From a virus (taxonomy: Duplodnaviria; Caudoviricetes), in IMG/VR virus record IMGVR_UViG_2839242338_000001, positions 32,083 to 96,082 of that record: a stretch of DNA of 64,000 nt; one strand, written 5' to 3'. The notes below the pieces were generated by a model. That model ran no database searches. It saw nothing but the letters and a program-made list of their open reading frames with translations, and was not told where the DNA came from. The position numbers and the translations under genes are program-made. Shown piece after piece: positions 51,977-62,646 of the stretch (position 1 is the stretch's first letter; the number at the start of each line of letters is the position of its first letter).

Positions 51977-52000
51977 GTTCGAATCCTGCCACCCCGACAC
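51977..52000 (+). repeat. Prophage attR core (24 bp, tRNA-Pro 3' end)
   Basis: Identical to 6676..6699. Confidence 0.95.
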
Positions 52001-52008
52001 TGAAAATC

Positions 52009-52040
52009 AGCCACTTAGCTAATTACTAAGTGGCTTTTTT
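52009..52040 (+). terminator. Intrinsic terminator followed by AGGTACAAC x2 (possible end of a further integrated element)
   Basis: agccacttag...ctaagtggctttttt; aggtacaac at 52047 and 52059. Confidence 0.7.
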
Positions 52041-52301
52041 CGTTTCAGGTACAACGCTAGGTACAACAATATTTTTCCTACTAGATTATAAATAGCTTCA
52101 TATAGAGTTAGAGCATTTTCGTTTTCTTACAGTATACTTCTTGATTTAGGCTCTTTTTGTTTAGCCTAATTACACCCATTGGGATGTGGAGAAGGTCGAA
52201 ATACTCAACTTATTTCTAGTGAAGGGATACGAAAATCAAAATGCCATGTGAAAAGAGTATGTTATTTAACATAATTACCACATAATCTCACCACACTTAT
52301 T

Positions 52302-52628
52302 ATGAGCGATCCAGATTACCTCCAGATTGCATTAACTACTGGAATACGTTTTTTTAAATCTGAGTCAAAGAAGTTTATATATGTTGATTTAGAGGGTGAA
52401 AAAGCCTGCTTTATCTATAAGTGTTATGACGCTTCATGTGCTTCTCAGCTTTCTCAAGAGTGTGAGGATTCAACAGTAAAGCAAACTATTACCCTAGGAG
52501 ACTTACAGGATATTTCAAGAGAGGAGTTTGAAATGCTATGGCGTTCAAGTCCGACTCGAGTGGCTTCGCCTTGCCCAAGTTGTGATGCAGCTATCGCAGC
52601 ATTAAATGCCTCAAGTAAAAGCCTTTGA
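52302..52628 (+). CDS. Hypothetical Cys-rich protein
   Basis: 108-aa ORF. Confidence 0.5.
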   Translation: MSDPDYLQIALTTGIRFFKSESKKFIYVDLEGEKACFIYKCYDASCASQLSQECEDSTVKQTITLGDLQDISREEFEMLWRSSPTRVASPCPSCDAAIAALNASSKSL

Positions 52629-52682
52629 CAGGCCCACCCCTAAAAATACCAAATTTCCATTAACCTTTTCTTTGATTAGTGT

Positions 52683-53795
52683 ATGTCTAGTTTAGGCTTA
52701 AGTACTCTATTAGTCACTTCCAAAACAAGGGAGAATGCTGGCTCAAGATCAGATGAACGATTTAATTATCAAAAAGACCTTTCATTATATTTAATGATTG
52801 ATTACTATAAAAAAGTTGATGACTTTGTATTTCTTTTTGATTTTCATGACGATTTAGCAATTATAGATTCCGAAGCAACTCCTGAAACTATTGAATTTTA
52901 CCAAATCAAGACTAAGTCGAAAGGTAATTGGACCTTAGGGAATCTATTGAAAACTGAAAAAGACAAAAACTCTTATTTAGGGAAATTATATTTTAATAAA
53001 ATAGTATTTGGTCAATTTGTAAAGTCGCTTAGTTTTATATCAAATGCTAAATATAACATTACGTTAAAAGATGAAACTTTTAAATCTGATAGTAAATATG
53101 AAATACCTGGGAGAGAATTGTGTGATACTGCTATTGATGAAATTAACTCGAAAATACTTACCGAATTAAAATTAACTGGTGCACCGGAATTTGATAAATT
53201 ATTAACATTTAGGGTGTCTAATCTTAGTTTAACAGATAGTAAAACCCATTGTAAAGGTGCGCTATCTGAAATGATTGAAATAATTAATCCCGGAAAACCT
53301 CAAAATGTCAACCTTACATATAATAAGATATTTAATGAAATTAGGATAAAAACAGATTGTGTAGCCTCGGAATTTAATATAGAAAATCTATCTATTATAA
53401 TTGAAAAAAAAGGGATTACTAGGAAGCAATTTGTAGCTCAATTGATTGAGGCATGTAATTATAAAAGTATAGAGCAGCAGTGGTCAGAGATTGAGCAAAA
53501 GTTAAATGTTTGTGGGCTTGGATATTTTCAAGTAAAAAATTTCAAAGCGAAATTTAGAGAATTGTCTTTAAATGAATTACATTCGCCCAATGACACTCCT
53601 CTATTGAAGACAATAGAATACCTACTATCAATGACGAATTATTGTTTTAATGATCCTGATGTTGATATTGTTCACTTTAATTATTTTCAATTAATGGAAT
53701 TGATTTTTGATACAAGTAAATCGTCTATACCTTTTAAGCATTATGATGATATGACATTGAAAACAATCATTTTAAAAATATTGAATAATGACTAA
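52683..53795 (+). CDS. lmuA: Lamassu effector, DUF4297/Cap4-type dsDNA nuclease
   Basis: RENAGS....RFNYQ, FHDD, FYQIKTK PD-(D/E)xK motif, upstream of an SMC-like ATPase. Confidence 0.85.
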   Translation: MSSLGLSTLLVTSKTRENAGSRSDERFNYQKDLSLYLMIDYYKKVDDFVFLFDFHDDLAIIDSEATPETIEFYQIKTKSKGNWTLGNLLKTEKDKNSYLGKLYFNKIVFGQFVKSLSFISNAKYNITLKDETFKSDSKYEIPGRELCDTAIDEINSKILTELKLTGAPEFDKLLTFRVSNLSLTDSKTHCKGALSEMIEIINPGKPQNVNLTYNKIFNEIRIKTDCVASEFNIENLSIIIEKKGITRKQFVAQLIEACNYKSIEQQWSEIEQKLNVCGLGYFQVKNFKAKFRELSLNELHSPNDTPLLKTIEYLLSMTNYCFNDPDVDIVHFNYFQLMELIFDTSKSSIPFKHYDDMTLKTIILKILNND

Positions 53796-53842
53796 TGGAG
53801 ATTTTAGGAAACTTATTCGTAATCTAAGGAAGTCAGCGAAAT

Positions 53843-55557
53843 ATGAAAAGATTATTCATATCGGAAATGCTTTTAATATCCAGAAAGGAAAAGAAAGCGA
53901 AAAGGGTGATATTCGACGGACGTCGGACCGTAATATTGGGAAAAAATAATACAGGAAAGTCATCGCTTATTAAAAGTATTTACTGGGCATTAGGTGCAGA
54001 GCCGTCATTGCATCCTAACTTTAAGGGTGCCCAAGTATCAGTATTGCTTAAATTTATTGTAGATGATATTAAGTATGAGATACTTAGAGAAGGTAAAAGG
54101 ATTTCATTATTTGACGGATTTACAAATGAAATAATAAAAACTTTTAGCTCTATTACTAAAGAGCTTGCACCTTATTTAGCTGAAATATTTGCTTTTAAGC
54201 CGGTTTTTCAAACAAAAGACAATCAATTTGTAATACCCCACCAGCTTTTCTATTTTTACCATATTATGTTGATCAGGATGAGAGTTGGAAAGAGAGCTGG
54301 AACTCATTTGATCAATTACAGTATATAAAAGATTACAGGAAGCAGGTAATTTTTTATCATTCTGCTATTCGGCCCAACGAATATTACGAGACAAAAAAAG
54401 AATTAGAATCTTACGTGAGAGCTATTGACGAAATAGAGAAAGAACGTAAGGTGACAAATAATATTCTTAAAGAAATGCGAGAGAAGTTTCTACAAACAGA
54501 TTTCAATATTGATATTGAAATCTTTCAGGACGAAATTGCTGAATTGCTAGACGAGTGTGAACGATTAAAAAAAATTGAAGAGGATACAAAATATAAACTA
54601 AAAGATTTTTATAACCTAAAAGCAAGCGTAGATTCACAAATCGTTATCGTTCAGCAGGCTCTTAAGGAAACACACTTGGATTTAGTTTTTGTTTCAAAAA
54701 CATTACCAAGTCATGTAGATTGTCCTACTTGTGGTGCAAATTATGAAAATAATTTTATGGAGCGTTTTGCGATAGCTGATGATGAAGAAAGATGTAAAGA
54801 TTTATTGATAGAATTAACCAAAGATCAGATTGAATTAACTAATAAAATTTTAGATACTCAAAATATACTCAGTGATTATATTTCTCAATCAAATGAAATA
54901 GATACTATACTGGAAAAGAAAAAAGAAGGTTTAAGACTTAAAGATGTTATTGATAATTTCGGCAGAAATCATTTACATGAAGTTTTTAAAACTAGAATTG
55001 ATGATCTAAATACTCAATTACAAGAAAATGCAATAAAGAAAGGCGACTTAGATGTTCGACTAAAAGCACTTGAAAATAAAGATAGAAAACAGGAGATTGT
55101 TGAATATTACAGAAGAACTCTAAGTCGATTTTTAATGGAATTAGATGTCCATTCAATAAACCAAGATTTTTATAATTCCATCACTAATTTAATTGAAAAT
55201 GTAGAAACTGGGAGTTCAAAACCAAGAGCTCTTATTGCCTATTATTTTACATTTTTCTTTCTGATGGAAAAATATTCTACAACGACTTACTGTCCAATTG
55301 TTATTGATTCACCTAATCAGCAAGACCAGGATAAGGAGAATATAGATCAAATATTAAATTTCATCAATTCAAATCAACCAGATAGTAGCCAACTTATCTT
55401 AGGTGTTGCAGAATTGTATGGGGCAGATTTTAACTGCCAAATTATAGAGCTAAAAGAGAAGTATAGTTTACTGCAATTGGCAGATTACGAGGAGATTAAT
55501 GAAGAATTAGCTCCTTATTTTGACAAAATGTGGCTACGAGATATGTTTGGTAGTTAA
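53843..55557 (+). CDS. lmuB: Lamassu SMC/Rad50-like ATPase (frameshift in a C run near 54236)
   Basis: GKNNTGKSS Walker A, CPTC zinc hook, GSSKPRA signature, IVIDSPNQQDQD. Confidence 0.85.
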
Positions 55558-55679
55558 AATTTCATACCTAAATCAACACCTTAGTAGTCAATATCACGCC
55601 TTTTTCGAGTTGAACAGTTGCATCCTTTAGCGAGTAAAGGATCTAGTCTAATAAAATGCCTTCAATTTGAATGATTATA

Positions 55680-56770
55680 AGTAGTCTGTAAGAAATAGTT
55701 TGCATTATTTTTTAACTTGCCCTCATGGGACGAGTAAACACGCCGATCCTGAGCGAGGAACAACGAATCGCTTTGGAATATGAACTAAAAACCAATGATA
55801 ACCATAGCTTTCGAGCGCGCTGCCAGGCCATTCTGCTCAAAGCGGCCGGCCGCTCTTCAACAGATGTAGGCCAGATTGTGGGCATGTGCCATGTCAGTAT
55901 CAATAGCTGGCTGAAACGATTCAAAACCAGTGGGTTAGACGGACTCAAGACTAAGCCCGGACGAGGTCGAAAGCCCATATTGACCAAGCAAACCGATACA
56001 GATGCTGTACTAGCAGCCGTCAAAGCCAATCGCCAACGAATCCAACTAGCCAAAGCTGACTGGGAAACAAGTCGTTCGGCTGGTAGCCAGCCCGTCAGTG
56101 AGAGTACGTTCAGGACTTTTTTAAAAAGCTTGATGGCCGATACAAACGCATTCGTCGACGAGTAAAAGGCCAACCAGACCCAGCCGTGTATGCTTACAAA
56201 AAAGAGCAACTCGCGGAACTGGAAGGCCTTGCCCAGCAGGGGCTCATTGAGTTGTTCTATGGCGACGAATCGCAGGTGTGTAGTGCGGGCTATGTGCCCT
56301 ATGGTTGGCAATTTCCCGGCGAAGAGGTCTGTATTCGGGTTGAGAAGGGCTTTAAACTGAACTGTTGGGGCTTGATTAGCCGGCAAAACAAGTTGCATTG
56401 GGCCACCACCAATCAACGAATTACAGCCGCCTTTGTGGGTCAACAACTGGATAGCTTGTCGTTGTCGATTCATAGACTGACGGTGGTAGTGTTAGACAAT
56501 GCCAGGGTTCATCGAGCCGCATCCATTCAGCAGATGCGTCCCCTATGGGAGGCCCGTGGGCTATACTTGTTTTTTTTGCCGACTTACTCTCCTCACTTAA
56601 ACATCGCTGAAACCTTGTGGCGACACTTAAAAGGAGGCTGGTTGAAGCCGGAAGATTATGCAACCGCAGATGATTTAGGGTATGCTCTCAATCGCTGTCT
56701 GGCAAACGTGGGCAAAAGACTGATCATCAACTTTAACCAATTTAATGCAAACTAATTCTCAAGGACTACT
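55680..56770 (+). mobile_element. IS630-family element (transposase ORFs 55725..56165 and 56186..56755)
   Basis: TIRs agtagtc..agaaatagtttgcatta / taatgcaaactaattct..gactact, flanking TA, GDES...DNARVH...YSPHLNIAE. Confidence 0.92.
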
Positions 56771-56772
56771 TA

Positions 56773-56896
56773 AGCAATCGCGCAAATTTAGATTCTATTG
56801 ATTCTTTGGATTCTATTGCATCAATTCACTGATTTTCATTACAATAGAATCTAGGAATCAATAGAATCTAATTCAACTTAATTCTGCGTGATTACT
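56773..56896. mobile_element. 124-bp IS630-type MITE
   Basis: Ends match the TIR of the adjacent IS, TA on both sides, internal inverted gattctattg repeats, no ORF. Confidence 0.7.
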
Positions 56897-56898
56897 TA

Positions 56899-58000
56899 AG
56901 CAATCACGCAGAATTAAGTTGAATCATTATCTTTCGGCATGGGCCGTAAACGCTGTATCGAACTAACGGAGTCAGAGCAAATCACTCTGCGAGAGGGAAT
57001 CAAGTACCATGCTAAACATGAGTTTCGACGCTGTTGCCAGGCGCTACTTTGGAGTGCTAAAGGTTGGTCTGTCAAAGCCATTGCCACTGAGTTGGAAGTC
57101 TGCCAGGTCAGTGTAAGCAGTTGGCTTACGAACTGGCAAAATCAAGGTTTAGTGGGCTTGATGCGCCAGAAAGGCCAAGGGCGTAGATCGATCTTAAGCG
57201 TAACCAATACAGCCCATCAACAAGCCTTGAAACAGGCTGTGTCCACTCATTATCAAGATGCTGGGCGTATCAAGACAGATTTGGAAAAAGCGCTGGGCCA
57301 ATCCATGAGCCGGGATACAGTCAAGAGGTTTCTAAAAAAAACGATTACGCTTGGCACCGACTTCGGCGAACCACCAAACCTTTTCAAGATCCGCTAGTCT
57401 ATGCCGATGGCTACCAGCGGTGGCAGATCTTGCTAACGTTATGGGTATGTGGACTCATTGAACTCTATTTCGCCGATGAAACCGGTCTGACCATGCAACC
57501 CTATGTGCCCTATGGCTGGCAGAAAAAAGGCCAACGGCTTGGTTTACCAGCTCGCATTGCTACCAAACGCATTAACCTGTTGGGGCTACTTAGGTTGGAT
57601 AACCAGCTTACTATCTACCACAGCGAAAAGGCCTTGACGGGTGCATTCGTAGTGGATTGCTTAGCCGATTTTGTCGCCAAAGCCCATGCTAAACCAGTAG
57701 TGATTGTGTTGGACAACAGTCCGATTCATCGGTGCCAGGCTGTATACGGACAACAAACTAGTTGGGAGGAAAAAGACGTTTATTTATTCTTCCTACCGGC
57801 TTACAGCCCCATTTAAATCCGATTGAATTGGTCTGGAAGTCAGTCAAGTACCGTTGGCTAAAGAAAGTGGATTACAAATCGTGGCGTCACTTGAAGAAAG
57901 CCATCTTTGCTATTATCCGCAATTTTGGGCAAGACTATAAGATTGACTTTTCGGAACTAACCAGTCGGAATATTATTAAACCTAATTCTGCGTGATTGCT
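56899..58000 (+). mobile_element. IS630-family element (transposase 56939..57995 in pieces)
   Basis: TIRs agcaatcacgcagaatta / taattctgcgtgattgct, flanking TA, ADET...DNSPIH...LNPIE. Confidence 0.92.
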
Positions 58001-58035
58001 TATGTGTCAATTTTGTGAAGTAAAATTTCGAATCA

Positions 58036-58365
58036 TTAGCTGTTACGACGGTTTACTTTACCCGACTCTAACCAATCATCTATAAGGCCTTTTTTATACC
58101 ATACATCACGGCCATACTTAAAGTAAGGCATTCCATTTTTTCGGTAATAAAGAAGGGTATCTGCATCCCTTTGCAAGTATTCTTGTGCTTGCTTTTCGGT
58201 AAGTAACTTATTGCGGTCAGCTTCAATACGAAGCTGTTTTTCTCGTTCACCAGCTTTGATTAACTCCCTTGTTGCAGCTTGCAGTATAGCCTTTAAATCG
58301 TTTATCAATTCTGAATCAATAGCGATCAGCGTTCGAGTAGAATTTGAATCTTGACGTAAGTTCAT
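58036..58365 (-). CDS. Excisionase-like HTH protein
   Basis: LLTEKQAQEYL...TLLYYRKNGMPYFKYGRDVWY. Confidence 0.8.
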   Translation of the reverse strand: MNLRQDSNSTRTLIAIDSELINDLKAILQAATRELIKAGEREKQLRIEADRNKLLTEKQAQEYLQRDADTLLYYRKNGMPYFKYGRDVWYKKGLIDDWLESGKVNRRNS

Positions 58366-58556
58366 GTATACCCAAATAGGTTATTCATTTCTTGCAGTTT
58401 TTATAAGGTTCAGAAACGTTTAGAGTGACCTACTGACAAAAGCGACAAAAGGGTAATCATTGAGTTTTGTCGGTTCTGTCAGTAAGTCGCTCTATACGAT
58501 TATACCGTTTTCGATAATCTGAAAGCAGTAAACATGAGCTTTGAAATGCCCTGGCT

Positions 58557-59921
58557 TCAATAGTCAAGCCTTTTTTTTCTATTGAATATGGCCTGCATAG
58601 CTTCGGTGTTATCTGGTTCTTCAAGGCTCTTCGTGTAAATTTCTGTTACCTGAATACTACTATGACCTAGCATTAGCTGAATATCGTACATAGTGATAGT
58701 TTTATCCTCATGCATGATCCTCCTGGCCAAATCTGCAAAGCTGTGCCTTGCGCTGTGCATTCGTAGTGGCCCGTTTAGGTTAGCATCTTCTCCTAGCAAC
58801 TCAAGGCTTAGGTTGATTCGCCTATTCCAGTAATTCAACGCATTAAAAAGCTGGCGTTTCATATCGAAAGATGCCAGCTTGTAATCTTCGTGTGTAACTA
58901 TTTTTGCATAAGGTGCGCTGTTCTTTAGAAAGGGTAGAAGAAAATCAGATGGTTTTGCCTTTGGATTCCACCAGGCTTTAAGTAATAACTTTGCTTCGCC
59001 TAAAACTGGAATGTTTATTATACCGCCTGTTTTGTGCATTTCATAACGAAGGTGAACGGGGTGTCCATCTTCATTTAACTTAAAATTTTGATACCTAAGC
59101 AACATCATATCTGAATGTCTTGCACCTGCTAAAGCCCTTGATAGCATCCATACCTCAAAAGCCTTTTCTGGACTCAGTTTAAGTCTTGCCTTTTCAACCT
59201 TAACCATTGATACCTGATCAACGCCAACTTGATTAAGTTTAAGTTTTTTAGACTTAGATTCTGTCAGTGCTGCAAGGTCATTCCAGGGCGAATTTAGTGC
59301 AGCCTGCTTTGGGCTTTGGCCCATTTTAATAAGAACGTCCTGGTGAATCCTGTGCATCCTATCTAGTATCTTATTGATAGTAGATGGTTTTCGCCTGCCG
59401 TTAGTAAAGTCCTTATTGCTCTTTTGTAAGTAGTCCCTAAATTGCCTAACCTGATACGGAGAAATAGACCTCAAGGGAATGTCTTCACCAGCCCATTTTC
59501 TATAGGCCGAAATTGAACTCTTTTTATTTATGTAACTGCTGTAGCTTTGCTGCTTTGCATCTTCTAGCACCCTATCAACCCAATGAAAGAAACGTTCAGA
59601 GCTACCACCTTTAAAACGTTCAGCCAATTGCTTAGGCGTTAAAATGTAGTTTGGCTCGGCATCTTGCCAGGCTTTTACCTGTGCTTTGATTCGCTTAAAC
59701 TCATCTTCAATTTCCGTGTTCAACGCCTTTGCGTCAGGATGCCCTTTTACCCATTTGCCAAACTTCTTTGGGTGCCAATACTTTAATAAATTTACTGCCT
59801 TTACAGACGTTGGAATTCGACTTGGTAACTGATCTTTTACATATAATCTGACCATTACAGTCCATAATCCAATTCTATTAGGTTTACTGCTGAGTTCAAC
59901 GTTAAAAGTAAGTTGAGGCAT
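58557..59921 (-). CDS. int: Tyrosine recombinase/integrase
   Basis: GARHSD, MHKT, MHSARHSFA, LGHSSIQVTEIY. Confidence 0.92.
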   Translation of the reverse strand: MPQLTFNVELSSKPNRIGLWTVMVRLYVKDQLPSRIPTSVKAVNLLKYWHPKKFGKWVKGHPDAKALNTEIEDEFKRIKAQVKAWQDAEPNYILTPKQLAERFKGGSSERFFHWVDRVLEDAKQQSYSSYINKKSSISAYRKWAGEDIPLRSISPYQVRQFRDYLQKSNKDFTNGRRKPSTINKILDRMHRIHQDVLIKMGQSPKQAALNSPWNDLAALTESKSKKLKLNQVGVDQVSMVKVEKARLKLSPEKAFEVWMLSRALAGARHSDMMLLRYQNFKLNEDGHPVHLRYEMHKTGGIINIPVLGEAKLLLKAWWNPKAKPSDFLLPFLKNSAPYAKIVTHEDYKLASFDMKRQLFNALNYWNRRINLSLELLGEDANLNGPLRMHSARHSFADLARRIMHEDKTITMYDIQLMLGHSSIQVTEIYTKSLEEPDNTEAMQAIFNRKKRLDY

Positions 59922-60155
59922 CGTTTAAAAGTCTGGTTTCACTTAAAGAAGTTGGTGAATTTAGTGATATATCGATAGAGCTAAATAGCTGATAAACAGC
60001 TATTTAAAAAATAAAACCCGACTGTAGATCGGGGTTATATAGTACTTTTCTAGTACTGTACAAAAGAAAGTGAATTACAGCCTAATAAGGGCTATTGCCA
60101 ACTTGACTGTACAATTACTTGTCAAGTCAAACAAGCAATTGTACAGTCGAATTTT

Positions 60156-60569
60156 TTATTCTAGTGCTTCTAATTTTTCAATCCGCTGCCAGGTTTCACC
60201 CAATCGTACCAGAAACTGAGTCAACTGAGTAGCATTAAAGATACGGGTCAGATCTGCCTGGGTAATTGGATACTCCTTTGTAGGCTCGTAAACAGATTCA
60301 GGGTCAAAACCAATAGCTCTATGTGTACACTCTTGCAGTAGCTCATTGACCAGTTCAACAGGACCAGATGAACCCGCTTCAAAAAGAAAGCTGTTGATCA
60401 CGCGGTGTAGCTCCTTATACTGGCTTTTGAGTAAAGGGTTTGGTTGCCGATTGTCAACCGTAGAAGATGTTTGGGCCTCGTTTTGGGCCGATTGTGGATT
60501 TAGGGTAGCCTTTGGCTCAAGAAGGGTTGCATGATCCCCTTTCCCCGAGTACTTTTGTCCCGTTGACAT
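60156..60569 (-). CDS. Hypothetical protein
   Basis: 137-aa ORF. Confidence 0.6.
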   Translation of the reverse strand: MSTGQKYSGKGDHATLLEPKATLNPQSAQNEAQTSSTVDNRQPNPLLKSQYKELHRVINSFLFEAGSSGPVELVNELLQECTHRAIGFDPESVYEPTKEYPITQADLTRIFNATQLTQFLVRLGETWQRIEKLEALE

Positions 60570-60703
60570 TTGAGTGAAAGTTTAAATGTTGCACATTGCC
60601 CCTCCGCTCTATCCGCCAAGATCATAGCGAAGGGGTTTTTCAATAATTGATTAAGCAATATTAATTAAACTGGAATCCACAGGCAAGTTTTGTAGCAAAA
60701 ATA

Positions 60704-60916
60704 TTATTTTAGCTTAAGTGATATGTCTAAAGCTGCCCCAAGTACGATAGCTATTTTATGAAGTGTATCGACACTGGGATTAACTTTGCCTGTTTCGTAT
60801 TTATTTACAGCCGATTCGCCTACACCTAGCTTTTCGCCCAACTCCTTTTGAGTTAACCCCTTTGCTTTTCTAGCTTCTCGGATCTGTTGCCCAACCTTTT
60901 GTTTAATATCTTCCAT
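60704..60916 (-). CDS. XRE-family HTH regulator
   Basis: GLTQKELGEKLGVGESAVNKYETGKVNP. Confidence 0.9.
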   Translation of the reverse strand: MEDIKQKVGQQIREARKAKGLTQKELGEKLGVGESAVNKYETGKVNPSVDTLHKIAIVLGAALDISLKLK

Positions 60917-61196
60917 TGTTTTATACGAAACAAAATTTCGTATAAAGATAAGCGTATGCTGCTTACGTATGCTTAAGAGGGCACTTAAGCTTGTTTGGAT
61001 GCTAGCCTATTTACCAAATGGCAAAATTACATGTAGCTACATGATTTAATCCCGCTTGCGTAACTCATCTACGGTTTATTTTCGCCTAAAAAAGGGTGTT
61101 TTTCCCCTAGGAAATCAATATTCAAAAGCAGTGCTTGCGGTGGAGTTCTGGGTAATGCTATCCAGTACAAAGATCATTTAAATAAACCCACCTAAT

Positions 61197-61874
61197 ATGA
61201 AAAAGCTGTCAATCAAAGAAATAGTAGAATTTAGAAGTAAATCAGAAAGAAGTAAGAAAAATTTCGCAAATGAAGTAAAGCTTAACAAAGAAAAGATTAA
61301 TACTGAAGGCGGTGGTGATTATTGGGTTAGTTGCTTAAGTGCAATAAGTAGCAGTTTCAAAACAAATAATTTACAATTAATAAGTGCAAGAATTGAAGAT
61401 CTAGAAGGGAAACATGAGACAACAGATTTTAATAGAACGAAAACGATGTACAAAAGAAATATTAACATTTTAAACAATTACAAAGATTTCGACTTTAAAA
61501 AATGGATGCCAAGTGAAAGTCTACAATTTTTGAAGAAAGTAAAACAAAGTTACCTTTTGAATATTAAGGGATTTGTTATTCAAGTAGCACCTCATCATGT
61601 TTTTGCTTTTGAGCACGACGATATTAAAGAAGTTGGAGCAATATGGTTCATTGCAAAATTAAATGGTTTTAAAGAAGATGAATTAGGGATGTTTACTGAT
61701 ATTCTATATAGATACCTAAAAGCTAATTTTTCAGGCAACTATAATGTGAACTCCAAATATTGTATTGCTGTAGATGTATTTAATAATATAGAAGTAAACT
61801 ATCTTCAATTAGAGAAAAAAGAGGTTCCTAGAATTTTGGATTCGACTTTAAACGCAATTAAATCTCTAATGTAA
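61197..61874 (+). CDS. Hypothetical protein
   Basis: 225-aa AT-rich ORF. Confidence 0.65.
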   Translation: MKKLSIKEIVEFRSKSERSKKNFANEVKLNKEKINTEGGGDYWVSCLSAISSSFKTNNLQLISARIEDLEGKHETTDFNRTKTMYKRNINILNNYKDFDFKKWMPSESLQFLKKVKQSYLLNIKGFVIQVAPHHVFAFEHDDIKEVGAIWFIAKLNGFKEDELGMFTDILYRYLKANFSGNYNVNSKYCIAVDVFNNIEVNYLQLEKKEVPRILDSTLNAIKSLM

Positions 61875-61944
61875 TTGAAATATAGGAATTTAGTATTATT
61901 TGCAATCTAGCCTGTGCATTCCAAGGAGAATTGTTAACTATTTT

Positions 61945-62463
61945 ATGAAAAAATCTTTAGTATTATTTTCAATTGTAGCTTTGCTTACATCGTGTGGGAA
62001 GAGTGAAGGTTCATTGGCAGGAAATGTGTTTTGGAAGTATAACAATTTTATAGGTAACAAGCCAGATAGTGGTAGTAAGGTTCACCTATATCCATTGACA
62101 AATAAATCATCTCCATTTAAAGAAGTTGCTGACGTTCGAGGAGACTTTCGGTTCGATAAAGTTACGGTTGGTGATTATTTGCTTATTGTCGTATCGGAAA
62201 ACACCAATGCTAGTGGTGAAGATATTTACGGCGAACTGAAAGATAATTCGAAATATCTTAAAAAGGTTTTTGATTACAATGTGCCAGAAATCAAACTTAG
62301 TGGCGATATAGTAAAAAACTATGCAATTATTACTAAAACCATTAATGATACTACGCTGATTAGATTGGGCTTTTTGACGCACAAATTCAGGATTAAGCCT
62401 GTAAGCATCCAAAAAGACAAAACAACTAATGAAGTAATCGATTTTGGCCACACTTTCATGTAA
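61945..62463 (+). CDS. Lipoprotein with a prealbumin/carboxypeptidase-regulatory-like beta fold
   Basis: MKKSLVLFSIVALLTSC lipobox; ADVRGDFRFDKVTVGDY. Confidence 0.7.
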   Translation: MKKSLVLFSIVALLTSCGKSEGSLAGNVFWKYNNFIGNKPDSGSKVHLYPLTNKSSPFKEVADVRGDFRFDKVTVGDYLLIVVSENTNASGEDIYGELKDNSKYLKKVFDYNVPEIKLSGDIVKNYAIITKTINDTTLIRLGFLTHKFRIKPVSIQKDKTTNEVIDFGHTFM

Positions 62464-62646
62464 GTAAGCCTAGGTATCTTTGGCGTATTTGCTATTAATT
62501 GAATTTTATTTGTTAACCTTGACAGTTTATGGCATTATTTATTATTAAGAATTATTTATTCTGATAATTCTTAATAATAGAAAGACGTTTAAAGTTATCA
62601 ATTTCTTTTAAATGCAAAATATGTTGTTTAATAACCAATAAAAGTT

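Larger units (their letters stand above)
6676..52000. mobile_element. Siphovirus-type prophage (~45.3 kb), probably defective owing to an IS630 insertion in a tail gene
   Basis: 24-bp direct repeats; integrase at one end and repressor at the other; terminase, portal, protease, capsid, tape measure, lysis and replication genes. Confidence 0.93.

Noticed and set aside
53788-53950. Possible lmuC between lmuA and lmuB
   Set aside because: Only a ~54-codon frame that mostly overlaps lmuB, with no recognisable similarity
54722-54728. GTCCTAC copy within lmuB
   Set aside because: It lies inside coding sequence (CPTC codons) and outside the prophage; likely chance
55712-56473. 253-aa minus-strand ORF, and the many antisense ORFs over tape measure, portal, terminase and primase
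   Set aside because: Shadow frames of well-supported genes with no recognisable motifs
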